From a virus (taxonomy: Duplodnaviria > Caudoviricetes): a stretch of 26,104 nt of DNA. A program made the position numbers and the translations under genes. Below the pieces are notes generated by a model that saw nothing but the letters and a program-made list of their open reading frames with translations, had not been told where the DNA came from and did not search any database. Below, in pieces: positions 1 through 8,498 of this stretch. The first letter of the stretch is position 1; each line of letters opens with the position of its first letter. Location: positions 1 to 26,104 of the IMG/VR virus record IMGVR_UViG_3300048886_000443; one strand, 5' to 3'.

Positions 1-2
1 AA

Positions 3-1442
3 TCTCATCCAAGTTGGGGAAGAGTTAATAAATTAGTAAACATTGTTGGAGAAACAAGAGTAGCTCCAAGTCAGGCTATTACAGATTTATTAGCTTCAAA
101 AGGAGTTAAAAACATAGATGGATTAACGTTAGAACGTTTAACAGGTTATTTATTGAATAACGATGTAGATATTAAAGATATTAAAAAAGGATTAACAACT
201 TTTCATAAACACCACGTTAAAGGAGTAAAAGGGTCTCCAGCTGATGATATACAATTAGTAACTAAAGTTGCTAATGATGAAGCAAGAAAAGTTATGAATG
301 AAGTTGAAGCATTGAAAAAAAATAATCAACCCATTGATTATGATGCTATTGATAATAGATTAAAAAATTATGGGGTGTCAGTTGAAGTAGATGGAAAAAG
401 ATTAGGTGGTTCAGGTTTTGAATCTAAAGCAGATATAGAAAGATTTGTTACTAAAAAAATTGGAGATTGGAAAACTGCTGACTTTGAAAAGTTCGCTAAA
501 CAATTTATTAAGGATGATTTAAAATTTTCATCGTTTCCAGCTAATATGGGTGCAATGTGGAAAGCAATGGGATCAGGAGGAAGAAAAGCATTAGGTTTGT
601 CGACTGGATTATTAACTGAATTTATTTTCATGGGATTAGACATGAAAAATGAAATGTCTAAAGGAAAGAGTGCCGAAGAAGCAGCATCAATTGCAAAAAG
701 AAATGCAAGTTTTGGGATGTATAATGATGGGGGTTATTTAAAAGAATTAAAAAAAGTTGCAGAAGATATGGATATAGACACGCAAGCTTTTGATAAAGTT
801 TTTGCAATGAATGAAAGAATGTTCAAAGTTGGTCAGCAACAAGATTATTATCAAGCTAAAATTGATAAGTTAAAAACGATGGGACCAAAAGGAATTGAAG
901 AAGCAGAAAAAATGCAACAAGTTTATGATAAATGGCAAAGTAGTATAGATGCAGAAAATGAAAAATTAATAGAAGGAATTGCTGGTCAAGTAGCAATTAG
1001 TAAAGCTGGTGAAGTTTTTCCAAATCCTAATTTAGATCAAATAGCTAAAGCAAGATATACTTTAACGAATGATGATTTTTCCAAAGTATTTGGAAATGTA
1101 CAAGAAGCAGGGATTGAAAAATTAAGAAGAGAAAAGAAAAGCGCATTTGATGTTCAAAGTAAACAAGCTAATCCGGAAGCAGGTTCGACTTTTAATTGGT
1201 TAACTAATTTTTTTACAGGAACTGAAAACTTTTTTGATTGGAGAACCAAAGGTGAAGAAGAGCAAAGATTAATTGATGATATGGGAGAATTTTCCCCTCA
1301 AGAATTATATCGTTATAATTTAGCAAGAGGTGTTGATCCTGATGATCCTCTTACCCAAGAATCATTTGAAAATTTAATATCTGAACAACGAGGTTTAGGT
1401 TATTATTCAGGCGGCGGAATAGCAAGTTTAAAAAGAAAATGA
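3..1442 (+). CDS. Large phage protein, 5'-truncated; possible internal virion/ejection protein with an HNH-like motif
   Basis: The frame of the 153..1442 ORF is open back to position 3 (SHPSWGRVNKLV...), so the real start lies outside the window. Helical, charged composition; C-terminus YYSGGGIASLKRK; directly upstream of the portal. Function is inferred. Confidence 0.6.
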   Translation, partial: SHPSWGRVNKLVNIVGETRVAPSQAITDLLASKGVKNIDGLTLERLTGYLLNNDVDIKDIKKGLTTFHKHHVKGVKGSPADDIQLVTKVANDEARKVMNEVEALKKNNQPIDYDAIDNRLKNYGVSVEVDGKRLGGSGFESKADIERFVTKKIGDWKTADFEKFAKQFIKDDLKFSSFPANMGAMWKAMGSGGRKALGLSTGLLTEFIFMGLDMKNEMSKGKSAEEAASIAKRNASFGMYNDGGYLKELKKVAEDMDIDTQAFDKVFAMNERMFKVGQQQDYYQAKIDKLKTMGPKGIEEAEKMQQVYDKWQSSIDAENEKLIEGIAGQVAISKAGEVFPNPNLDQIAKARYTLTNDDFSKVFGNVQEAGIEKLRREKKSAFDVQSKQANPEAGSTFNWLTNFFTGTENFFDWRTKGEEEQRLIDDMGEFSPQELYRYNLARGVDPDDPLTQESFENLISEQRGLGYYSGGGIASLKRK

Positions 1443-1585
1443 AAAACCCAACATTAGTTAAAAACATGAAGCATGTTAAATGGAAGGAAATACCACCATT
1501 AAGAGGACCTAATCCACAGGGGTTGATTAAAGATAAAAAACAAGATAAGAAGAAGCAGGAGAATTTAAATGGCAGAAATCGATAA
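1439..1585 (+). CDS. Small basic protein, 48 aa (MKNPTLVKNMKHVKWKEIPPLRGPNPQGL...), below the ORF-track cutoff
   Basis: ATGA overlap with the upstream stop (ATG 1439, TGA 1440-1442); fills the gap up to the portal and ends at TAA 1583-1585. Confidence 0.6.
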   Translation: MKNPTLVKNMKHVKWKEIPPLRGPNPQGLIKDKKQDKKKQENLNGRNR

Positions 1586-4064
1586 AGGTCTCCCAAATGT
1601 TAAACGACCAGAAGATGAGCTCGTAGAAGAGCAAACTCTTGAGGAAGTTGATATTGCGGACCAACTAGGAAAAGGACCAGTTGAAGTCACTGAAGAAGAT
1701 GATGGTGGCGCTACAATTGATTTTGATCCAAATGCAATGCCGACACCAGAGGAAGGTGATCACTTTGCAAACTTAGCAGAATTATTACCAGACGATATTT
1801 TAGATCCAATGGCTAGTCAGCTAGATGGAGACTATAGAGAATACAAAGCATCACGAGCAGATTGGGAAAGAGCTTACACTGTAGGTTTAGATCTGTTAGG
1901 ATTCAAGTATGAAAATAGAACCGAACCTTTCCAAGGCGCGTCGGGGGCGACTCACCCGGTACTTGCTGAAGCTGTTACTCAGTTTCAGGCGCTCGCTTAT
2001 AAAGAGTTACTCCCAGCTGATGGACCAGTAAGAACTCAAGTGATGGGATTAAGTAACCCACAAAAAGAACAACAGTCTCAAAGAGTAAAAGATTTCATGA
2101 ACTATCAGTTAATGGATCAAATGAAAGAATACGAACCTGAATTTGATCAAATGTTATTTTATTTACCATTAGCAGGTTCTACATTTAAAAAAGTTTACTA
2201 CGATGATCTATTAGGGAGAGCGGTATCAAAATTTGTACCAGCTGATGATTTAATTGTACCTTACACTGCAACTTCATTAGAAGATGCAACTTCAGTTTGT
2301 CATGTTATTAAAATTTCTGAAAATGAATTACGTAAACAACAGATTTCAGGTTTTTATAGAGATATAGAATTATCAAGACCTCAAGATGCTAATACAGATC
2401 AAATAGCTAAAAAAGAATTAGAAATAGAAGGTTTAAATAAATCTCAAAGAGTAGAACCATTATATGAATTATTAGAATTCCACGTTAACCTTGATTTAGA
2501 AGGTTTCGAAGATGTTGGCGCCGATGGTGAACCAACAGGAATAAAATTACCTTATATCGTTACAATCGATAAAGGTAGTCGGAAAGTTCTTTCTATTAGA
2601 AAGAATTTCGCGCCCAATGATCCAACGAAAACTAAGATCCAATATTTCGTCCACTTCAAATTTCTGCCAGGACTTGGATTTTACGGACTTGGACTCATTC
2701 ATATGATTGGCGGACTGAGTCGTACGGCAACGGCGGCTCTCCGTCAATTATTAGACGCGGGAACATTATCAAATCTTCCGGCCGGATTTAAACAAAGAGG
2801 TGTCAGAGTAAAAGATGATGCCGCAAACATACAACCAGGTGAATTTAAAGATGTAGATACTCCAGGAGGAAACTTAAAAGATGCTTTTGTATTCTTACCT
2901 TACAAGGAGCCTTCTCAAACTTTATTGCAATTGATGGGAATTGTCGTTCAAGCAGGACAAAGATTCGCGTCCATTGCTGACATGCAGGTCGGGGACGGGA
3001 ACCAAAATGCAGCAGTTGGTACGACCGTAGCTCTTTTAGAACGTGGTTCAAGGGTAATGTCAGCAATCCATAAAAGACTGTATGTATCTTTAAAATCAGA
3101 ATTTAAACTACTGGCAAAATTATTTGCCACGTACTTACCCCCAGAATATCCTTATGATGTAGTGGGTGGACAAAGAAATATTAAAGTAACAGATTTTGAT
3201 GACAGAGTAGATATTCTACCTGTTGCTGATCCAAATATTTTTTCAATGACGCAAAGAATAACTTTAGCTCAAACAGAATTACAATTAGCAATGTCTAATC
3301 CACAAATGCACAACATGTATATGTGTTACAGAAAAATGTATGAAGCATTAGGTATAAAAGATATTGATAGAGTATTACCACCACCTCCACCGAATCAACC
3401 TAAAGATCCAGCGATCGAGCATATTGATGCAATGGGGATGAAACCTTTCCAAGCGTTTCCAGGTCAAGATCACAGAGCACACGTAACAGCTCACTTAAAT
3501 TTTATGGCAAGTAACTTTGTTAGAAATAATCCGAGCATTACTGCAGCGTTAGAGAAAAATATTATGGAGCACATATCATTGATGGCACAAGAACAGGTAC
3601 AATTAGAATTTGCTCAAGAAATGCAAATGTTACCACAAATGCAAGCGGCTGCGGTACAGAACCCGCAAATGCAACAACAGTTTCAACAAATCTCTCAGAA
3701 GATAGAAGCTAGAAAAGCAGTTTTAATTGCTGACATGACAGAAGAATTTTTAAGTGAAGAAAAAGCTATTACAAGTAGATTTGATCACGATCCATTATTG
3801 AAACTTAAAGAGAGAGAAGTTGATCTTAAAGCAATAGATGCTGAAAGAAAACAACAAGAGTTAGATCAAAGAATTAATTTAGATAAAGCTAAGATGGTTC
3901 AAAACAAAGAGATTACTGATGATAAACTGGACCAGAACGAAGAATTAGCTAATTTAAGAGCAGATACAGCAATTGAGAAATCATTGATATCTGCTGATGT
4001 TAAACTGACTTCAGACAAAATGAAGGCTAAAGACGTTAGGACCTTGAAAGGACCTAAATCTTAG
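1569..4064 (+). CDS. Portal (head-tail connector) protein
   Basis: 831 aa; CAGGAG RBS; motifs HPVLAEAVTQFQA, GSTFKKVYYD, FLPGLGFYGLGL, LLDAGTLSNLPAGFK typical of P22-like podovirus portals; long Gln-rich coiled-coil C-terminus. Confidence 0.9.
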   Translation: MAEIDKGLPNVKRPEDELVEEQTLEEVDIADQLGKGPVEVTEEDDGGATIDFDPNAMPTPEEGDHFANLAELLPDDILDPMASQLDGDYREYKASRADWERAYTVGLDLLGFKYENRTEPFQGASGATHPVLAEAVTQFQALAYKELLPADGPVRTQVMGLSNPQKEQQSQRVKDFMNYQLMDQMKEYEPEFDQMLFYLPLAGSTFKKVYYDDLLGRAVSKFVPADDLIVPYTATSLEDATSVCHVIKISENELRKQQISGFYRDIELSRPQDANTDQIAKKELEIEGLNKSQRVEPLYELLEFHVNLDLEGFEDVGADGEPTGIKLPYIVTIDKGSRKVLSIRKNFAPNDPTKTKIQYFVHFKFLPGLGFYGLGLIHMIGGLSRTATAALRQLLDAGTLSNLPAGFKQRGVRVKDDAANIQPGEFKDVDTPGGNLKDAFVFLPYKEPSQTLLQLMGIVVQAGQRFASIADMQVGDGNQNAAVGTTVALLERGSRVMSAIHKRLYVSLKSEFKLLAKLFATYLPPEYPYDVVGGQRNIKVTDFDDRVDILPVADPNIFSMTQRITLAQTELQLAMSNPQMHNMYMCYRKMYEALGIKDIDRVLPPPPPNQPKDPAIEHIDAMGMKPFQAFPGQDHRAHVTAHLNFMASNFVRNNPSITAALEKNIMEHISLMAQEQVQLEFAQEMQMLPQMQAAAVQNPQMQQQFQQISQKIEARKAVLIADMTEEFLSEEKAITSRFDHDPLLKLKEREVDLKAIDAERKQQELDQRINLDKAKMVQNKEITDDKLDQNEELANLRADTAIEKSLISADVKLTSDKMKAKDVRTLKGPKS

Positions 4065-4072
4065 TATATACA
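4044..4072 (+). promoter_or_regulatory. Putative sigma70 promoter TTGAAA-N17-TATACA
   Basis: Spans the portal stop, upstream of an AGGAG RBS and the ATG at 4091. Confidence 0.5.
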
Positions 4073-4090
4073 AACCATTAGGAGAAAATT

Positions 4091-4309
4091 ATGGCTAAAG
4101 AAGGCAAAGGATATAAACAGAACATGTTCTTAAACAAAGACGGCTATCTTAAAGGTGGTAATAAAATTTCTATACCTTCTCAAAATCTAGAGATTGACCC
4201 AAGAGGTAAATCTAGTTTTAGAGGTAAAGGAGTTTATATTGCAACTGGAGATAAAGTCACTGTAAGAGGAACAGGTAAAGCTAGAAAACAAACAGCTAAG
4301 TGGTATTAG
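4091..4309 (+). CDS. Small basic hypothetical protein
   Basis: AGGAG RBS; 72 aa, Lys/Gly-rich; ends VRGTGKARKQTAKWY. Confidence 0.8.
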   Translation: MAKEGKGYKQNMFLNKDGYLKGGNKISIPSQNLEIDPRGKSSFRGKGVYIATGDKVTVRGTGKARKQTAKWY

Positions 4310-4310
4310 T

Positions 4311-4694
4311 ATGTGGTTTAGTGCTATTAAATTAGCTCTCAACGCAGGTACTCACATCTACAAAAAGCGTCAAGAGACAAAGATGGCTATGGCTGATGCG
4401 CAACACATGCATGCATCTAAGATGGCCCGAGGCGAAGAGCAATACCAGGGCAAACTTTTAGAAGCCCGTCAAAACGACTACAAGGACGAGGTCGTTTTAG
4501 CGATCCTCACACTCCCCATAATAATTTTGGCCTGGGGGGTCTGGTCGGACGATCCGGCCGCTATGACCAAGATAAAAGTGTTCTTCGAGCATTTCCAGGC
4601 ACTTCCGAGCTGGTTCACAAATTTATGGATACTTGTATGTGCGAGTATTTTTGGTATAAAGGGTACACAAATTTTCAGAAATGGAAAAAAATAA
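4311..4694 (+). CDS. Holin-like membrane protein
   Basis: 127 aa with hydrophobic segments VVLAILTLPIIILAWGVW and WFTNLWILVCASIFGI and a basic C-terminus; resembles gene-transfer-agent-type 3TM holins (recalled similarity). Confidence 0.65.
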   Translation: MWFSAIKLALNAGTHIYKKRQETKMAMADAQHMHASKMARGEEQYQGKLLEARQNDYKDEVVLAILTLPIIILAWGVWSDDPAAMTKIKVFFEHFQALPSWFTNLWILVCASIFGIKGTQIFRNGKK

Positions 4695-4707
4695 ATAAGG
4701 AGAAAAT

Positions 4708-4947
4708 ATGAGAAATGATTTTGGAACAAGACCTTACAAATCTAGATTCCCATACAAAAAAGGTGGATCTGCTAAAAGAAAAAAATTTAAGCAGGGATAC
4801 GCAGCTAGAGAAGATGAATCTCTAGGTATGAGAACTGGAAAAGAATCCACTAAGAAACAATCTATGAAGGCAAGAAGAGATGAATCTTATGGAGCTTGGG
4901 GTAAAAGAAAAGCTAAGTTCGGACGTAAGAACAAAGTTAATAAGTAG
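4708..4947 (+). CDS. Small very basic protein
   Basis: AAGGAG RBS; 79 aa, K/R-rich; internal repeat AREDESLG / ARRDESYG. Confidence 0.8.
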   Translation: MRNDFGTRPYKSRFPYKKGGSAKRKKFKQGYAAREDESLGMRTGKESTKKQSMKARRDESYGAWGKRKAKFGRKNKVNK

Positions 4948-4956
4948 TAGGTAATT

Positions 4957-5322
4957 ATGAGTATATTTGGAATAGCCAAAAAAGGTTTTGGTAAAGCTGT
5001 TAAAGCTTACAAACAGAAAAAAATTGCAAGTGGTAAAGCTACGCGTGCTGAACGTATTAAGTACGGCGAAAGAAGTCCTGACATCAAAAGAGTTCCTATG
5101 TCTAAAACAGCTAAAAAAGGTGATACTAAAGAAAGCGTAAGACTAGGTAAACAACATTTTTATATAAAAAATATTGATGAAGTAAATAAACATAAAGCAG
5201 CTATTCATAAAGGAGAACAAGCTAAGACAAAATTAAAAGATATGACGAAAACTAAAAGAGCTTTCCATATTGGAGACAGCATTCATCCAAGCGATCCTGC
5301 AAGCAAAAGCAAAAGGAAATAA
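4957..5322 (+). CDS. Small basic hypothetical protein
   Basis: 121 aa, Lys-rich, tightly packed between its neighbours. Confidence 0.75.
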   Translation: MSIFGIAKKGFGKAVKAYKQKKIASGKATRAERIKYGERSPDIKRVPMSKTAKKGDTKESVRLGKQHFYIKNIDEVNKHKAAIHKGEQAKTKLKDMTKTKRAFHIGDSIHPSDPASKSKRK

Positions 5323-5325
5323 ATA

Positions 5326-5631
5326 ATGAGAAAATTTAGATCACCAAACGCCGGACAAACATCTTTATCCTTACAACATGATACAAGTCCAAGATCCGGG
5401 TACCGTCCACCAGCAGGTCATAACGCTGATGGATATATGATGCCTGAAAGAGTTGGATTTAAAAAAGGTGGGAAAGTTAAAAAGAATTGGATACAATCAG
5501 TAAATAGATCAATCAAAAAACGTGGAACTAAAGGAAAGTGTACACCTATTACAAAAAAAGGTTGCACTGGACGAGCAAAAGCGTTAGCAAAGACATTTAA
5601 GAAAATGGCTAGAAAAAGAAAAGGAAAATAA
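5326..5631 (+). CDS. Small very basic protein
   Basis: AAGGA RBS; 101 aa; FKKGGKV followed by a basic KNWIQ...RAKALAKTFKKM domain. Confidence 0.8.
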   Translation: MRKFRSPNAGQTSLSLQHDTSPRSGYRPPAGHNADGYMMPERVGFKKGGKVKKNWIQSVNRSIKKRGTKGKCTPITKKGCTGRAKALAKTFKKMARKRKGK

Positions 5632-5632
5632 T

Positions 5633-6130
5633 ATGCCTAGAAGATTTAATACTAGAAGAGAAAACAGATTAGAAGAACTTGGAAGAGTAGATGCTGAAAA
5701 AGCATATACTTCAAAAGGCAAAAGAAATTTAAGAGACGAAAAACATAGAATTAGAGGTGAATTAAAAAAAGGTGGACGTGCTACTAAAAGTCCTTCTGAC
5801 ACACCTCGTAGACAAGCTGGACCCGCAGCACCATCAAGACCAAGAAAAAGAATCAAAACTCATGGTGGTGGACCAGACTCAGGTAATATAGGTAAATTAA
5901 AAGACGTGTTATCAAAACATAGAAAAATGCCTACGCTTCCAAAATTACCAGACCTTAGCAAGCTTAAAAAAAGAATGCCAAAATACATGAAGCCACTTAA
6001 AGGTGGTGGAAGTGCAAAAAAACCTAGACCTCACGGACCACATATGTGGGTTAGAGGTGATAAGAGAAAAAAATATGCTAGTGGTGGCGCAGTCATGGCT
6101 GGTAAAAAAGTAGGGATTCAAATCAAGTAA
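5633..6130 (+). CDS. Very basic, low-complexity protein
   Basis: AAGGA RBS; 165 aa, K/R/P/G-rich; three xxxGG motifs. Confidence 0.8.
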   Translation: MPRRFNTRRENRLEELGRVDAEKAYTSKGKRNLRDEKHRIRGELKKGGRATKSPSDTPRRQAGPAAPSRPRKRIKTHGGGPDSGNIGKLKDVLSKHRKMPTLPKLPDLSKLKKRMPKYMKPLKGGGSAKKPRPHGPHMWVRGDKRKKYASGGAVMAGKKVGIQIK

Positions 6131-6330
6131 TGATCAAAAAATTGATAAACTGGATAAAAGGTTTATTCAGTAAAAAAGAAGAACCAGTAGTTTTAGAAGA
6201 ACCTAAAGAAGAACCTAAAGAAGAAATAAAAGAAATAGTTATACCAAGACCCAGTCATTGTACATCACATGTAAGATTTAAAAAAAGTTGTAAGCCGTGT
6301 CAAGCTGCGGTAGCTGGTTTAACTTATTAA
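6130..6330 (+). CDS. Small protein with an amphipathic N-terminus and a putative Zn-binding C-terminus
   Basis: TAATG overlap; MIKKLINWIKGLF helix, EEPKEEPKEEIKE linker, C-x2-H-x6-C-x2-C motif. Confidence 0.7.
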   Translation: MIKKLINWIKGLFSKKEEPVVLEEPKEEPKEEIKEIVIPRPSHCTSHVRFKKSCKPCQAAVAGLTY

Positions 6331-6331
6331 T

Positions 6332-6586
6332 ATGGCTGACCTAGAAAACGTAATTTATAAACTAAGAAGAGCCTTAGATAACAGAATTAACGCATTATCA
6401 ATCTCTATAACGTCTGGTGGGGTTGACAATATGGAAACATATAAGTATATTATCGGACAAATAAACGCCCTAGAGGCAACTAAACAGGAACTCTCTAACC
6501 TGCTAGATAGTAAGGAGCAAAGTGAAACTAAAGGAACAGTCATTAACATCAACGGTTCAAAACCCAAAGATAATCACACCAAATAA
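6332..6586 (+). CDS. Small helical hypothetical protein upstream of GroES
   Basis: 84 aa; YKYIIGQINALE helix; starts 1 nt after the previous stop. Confidence 0.8.
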   Translation: MADLENVIYKLRRALDNRINALSISITSGGVDNMETYKYIIGQINALEATKQELSNLLDSKEQSETKGTVININGSKPKDNHTK

Positions 6587-6974
6587 CGAATTAGTCGGAG
6601 TAAAAAAATCCGAACCTAAAAAAGAAGTTACAAATCAAAAAGAAAAACTTCCTCAACCAACTGGTTGGAGAATTTTAGTTTTACCATTTAAAATGAATGA
6701 GACAACTAAAGGGGGAGTAATCATGAACGAATCAACATTAGAACGTCAACAAGTTGCATCACAATGCGGAAACGTATTAGCAATGGGATCAGAATGTTAT
6801 AAGGATAAAGAGAGATATCCAACTGGCCCATGGTGCAAGATTGGTGACTGGGTGGTCTTCGCGCGTTATGCAGGATCACGAATAAATATTGAAGGTGGGG
6901 AAGTCAGGTTGTTGAATGAAGATGAAATTCTAGCAACCGTCAAGGATCCAGAGGATATCTTGCATAAATACTAA
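6522..6974 (+). CDS. groES: Co-chaperonin GroES (Cpn10)
   Basis: PTGWRILV, mobile loop TKGGVIM, GNVLAMG, GDWVVFARYAG, RLLNEDEILA are Cpn10 signatures; GTG start with AAGGAG RBS; N-terminal extension. Confidence 0.92.
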   Translation: MKLKEQSLTSTVQNPKIITPNNELVGVKKSEPKKEVTNQKEKLPQPTGWRILVLPFKMNETTKGGVIMNESTLERQQVASQCGNVLAMGSECYKDKERYPTGPWCKIGDWVVFARYAGSRINIEGGEVRLLNEDEILATVKDPEDILHKY

Positions 6975-6991
6975 CATAGAAAAGGAGAACT

Positions 6992-7945
6992 ATGCCAGAA
7001 GAAGAAAACAAGAAACCGAGTCAAAAGCTAGTTGACATCGATACTTCAGGACCTGAAGTAGATGTAGCTGTCGAAGAGCAAAAAGATGAAGCGGTTATTG
7101 AAACTAAAGAGGAAACAAGCGCACCGGAACAAGAAACAGTAACAGAAGTAGTAAAGGAAGAAGAAACAAAAACAGACGACTCTAAGTTAGAGGATTATAG
7201 TAAAGGAGTTCAATCTCGTATTGCTAAACTCACAAGAAAAATGAGAGAAGCAGAACGAAGAGAAGAAGCTGCTGTACAATATGCTCAAGCTGTAGAGAAT
7301 AAAAGAAAACTTGATAATGAAAGATTTCAGAAAATTGATTCGGACTATACGAAAAAATTTGAAGAAAGCGTTAAAAGCGGAATGGACATGGCTCAAAAAC
7401 AATTGGCCCAAGCTATTGAAGCTGGAGATGCACCTGCTCAAGTTGAAGCAAACAAACGTATTGCAGAACTTGCGTTTGACAATGCTAAATTAAAACAAAG
7501 ACAGTCTGTACAGGCGGAGAAACCTGTTCAACTTTCCGACGGTGGAAATTTACCAAGACACACTCCACAATCATTACCTGAAGCTGATCCTGAAGCTGAA
7601 GATTGGGCGTCACGAAACAAATGGTTCGGTACTAATCGAGCCATGACTTTTACGGCGTTCGAGATTCACAAGGATTTAGTAGATAAAGAAGGTTATGATC
7701 CTAAATCTAATGAATATTATGAAGAAATAGACAAACGAATAAGAGTTGACTTTCCCCATAAATTTGATAGGAGTGAGAGTAGACAAACGACTAGACCCGT
7801 TCAGTCGGTGGCTTCTGCAAGCAGAAGTGCAAAAACTGGTCGCAAACAAATGAGACTCACATCGTCTCAAGTAGCAATAGCTAAAAAATTAGGTGTGCCA
7901 CTCGAAGAATATGCAAAACAATTAAAACTCACGAAGGAGGCGTAA
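6992..7945 (+). CDS. Capsid scaffolding/assembly protein
   Basis: AAGGAG RBS; acidic N-terminus, long coiled coil, C-terminal LTSSQVAIAKKLGVPLEEYAK helix-turn-helix; upstream of the capsid genes. Confidence 0.75.
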   Translation: MPEEENKKPSQKLVDIDTSGPEVDVAVEEQKDEAVIETKEETSAPEQETVTEVVKEEETKTDDSKLEDYSKGVQSRIAKLTRKMREAERREEAAVQYAQAVENKRKLDNERFQKIDSDYTKKFEESVKSGMDMAQKQLAQAIEAGDAPAQVEANKRIAELAFDNAKLKQRQSVQAEKPVQLSDGGNLPRHTPQSLPEADPEAEDWASRNKWFGTNRAMTFTAFEIHKDLVDKEGYDPKSNEYYEEIDKRIRVDFPHKFDRSESRQTTRPVQSVASASRSAKTGRKQMRLTSSQVAIAKKLGVPLEEYAKQLKLTKEA

Positions 7946-7949
7946 GCAT

Positions 7950-8411
7950 ATGAAAAAAGAAGACAAAAAACTTTCTCGTGCGGCTGGAACTCGGACAAAA
8001 ACTGAACGTCCAAAAGAGTACAAGCCACCATCCTCTCTGGATGCACCCCCTGCACCTGATGGATTCAGGCACAGATGGATCAGAGCAGAATCTCTAGGAT
8101 TCACAGATAGTAAAAATATCTATGGAAGACTTAGAGAAGGATATGAATTAGTGAGAGCTGATGAATATACCGATTCTGACTATCCAGTTGTGAGCGAAGG
8201 CAAATATAAGGGAGTCATTGGAGTTGGAGGCCTATTGTTGGCTAGGATACCCGAAGAACTCGCGCAAGCGCGGTCTGATTATCAGAAAAAATTAACTGAA
8301 GGTCAGGACGAAGCAGTTGAAACCGACTTACTTAGGGAACAACATAAGAGTATGCCGATCGATGTCGATCGACAATCTCGCGTAACCTTCGGTGGTACAA
8401 AGAAAAGTTAA
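7950..8411 (+). CDS. Conserved head-module hypothetical protein
   Basis: AAGGAGG RBS; PPSSLDAPPAPDGFRHRWIR...LREGYELV...GVIGVGGLLLARIP; lies between scaffold and capsid genes. Confidence 0.8.
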   Translation: MKKEDKKLSRAAGTRTKTERPKEYKPPSSLDAPPAPDGFRHRWIRAESLGFTDSKNIYGRLREGYELVRADEYTDSDYPVVSEGKYKGVIGVGGLLLARIPEELAQARSDYQKKLTEGQDEAVETDLLREQHKSMPIDVDRQSRVTFGGTKKS

Positions 8412-8468
8412 TTTTTTAACTATTCTCGGGATAACAACCAATTCCCTACTATCGATTTTAAATAAACC

Positions 8469-8484
8469 GTCTATGCAAATAGAC
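8469..8484 (+). promoter_or_regulatory. GNRA-tetraloop hairpin just 5' of the RBS of the capsid-associated gene
   Basis: GTCTAT-GCAA-ATAGAC, followed by ACAAGGAG and the ATG at 8499. Confidence 0.55.
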
Positions 8485-8498
8485 ACAAGGAGAAAACT

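Noticed and set aside
8356-8371. Inverted repeat CGATCGA-TG-TCGATCG
   Set aside because: Short, inside a coding region (PIDVDR) and seen only once.
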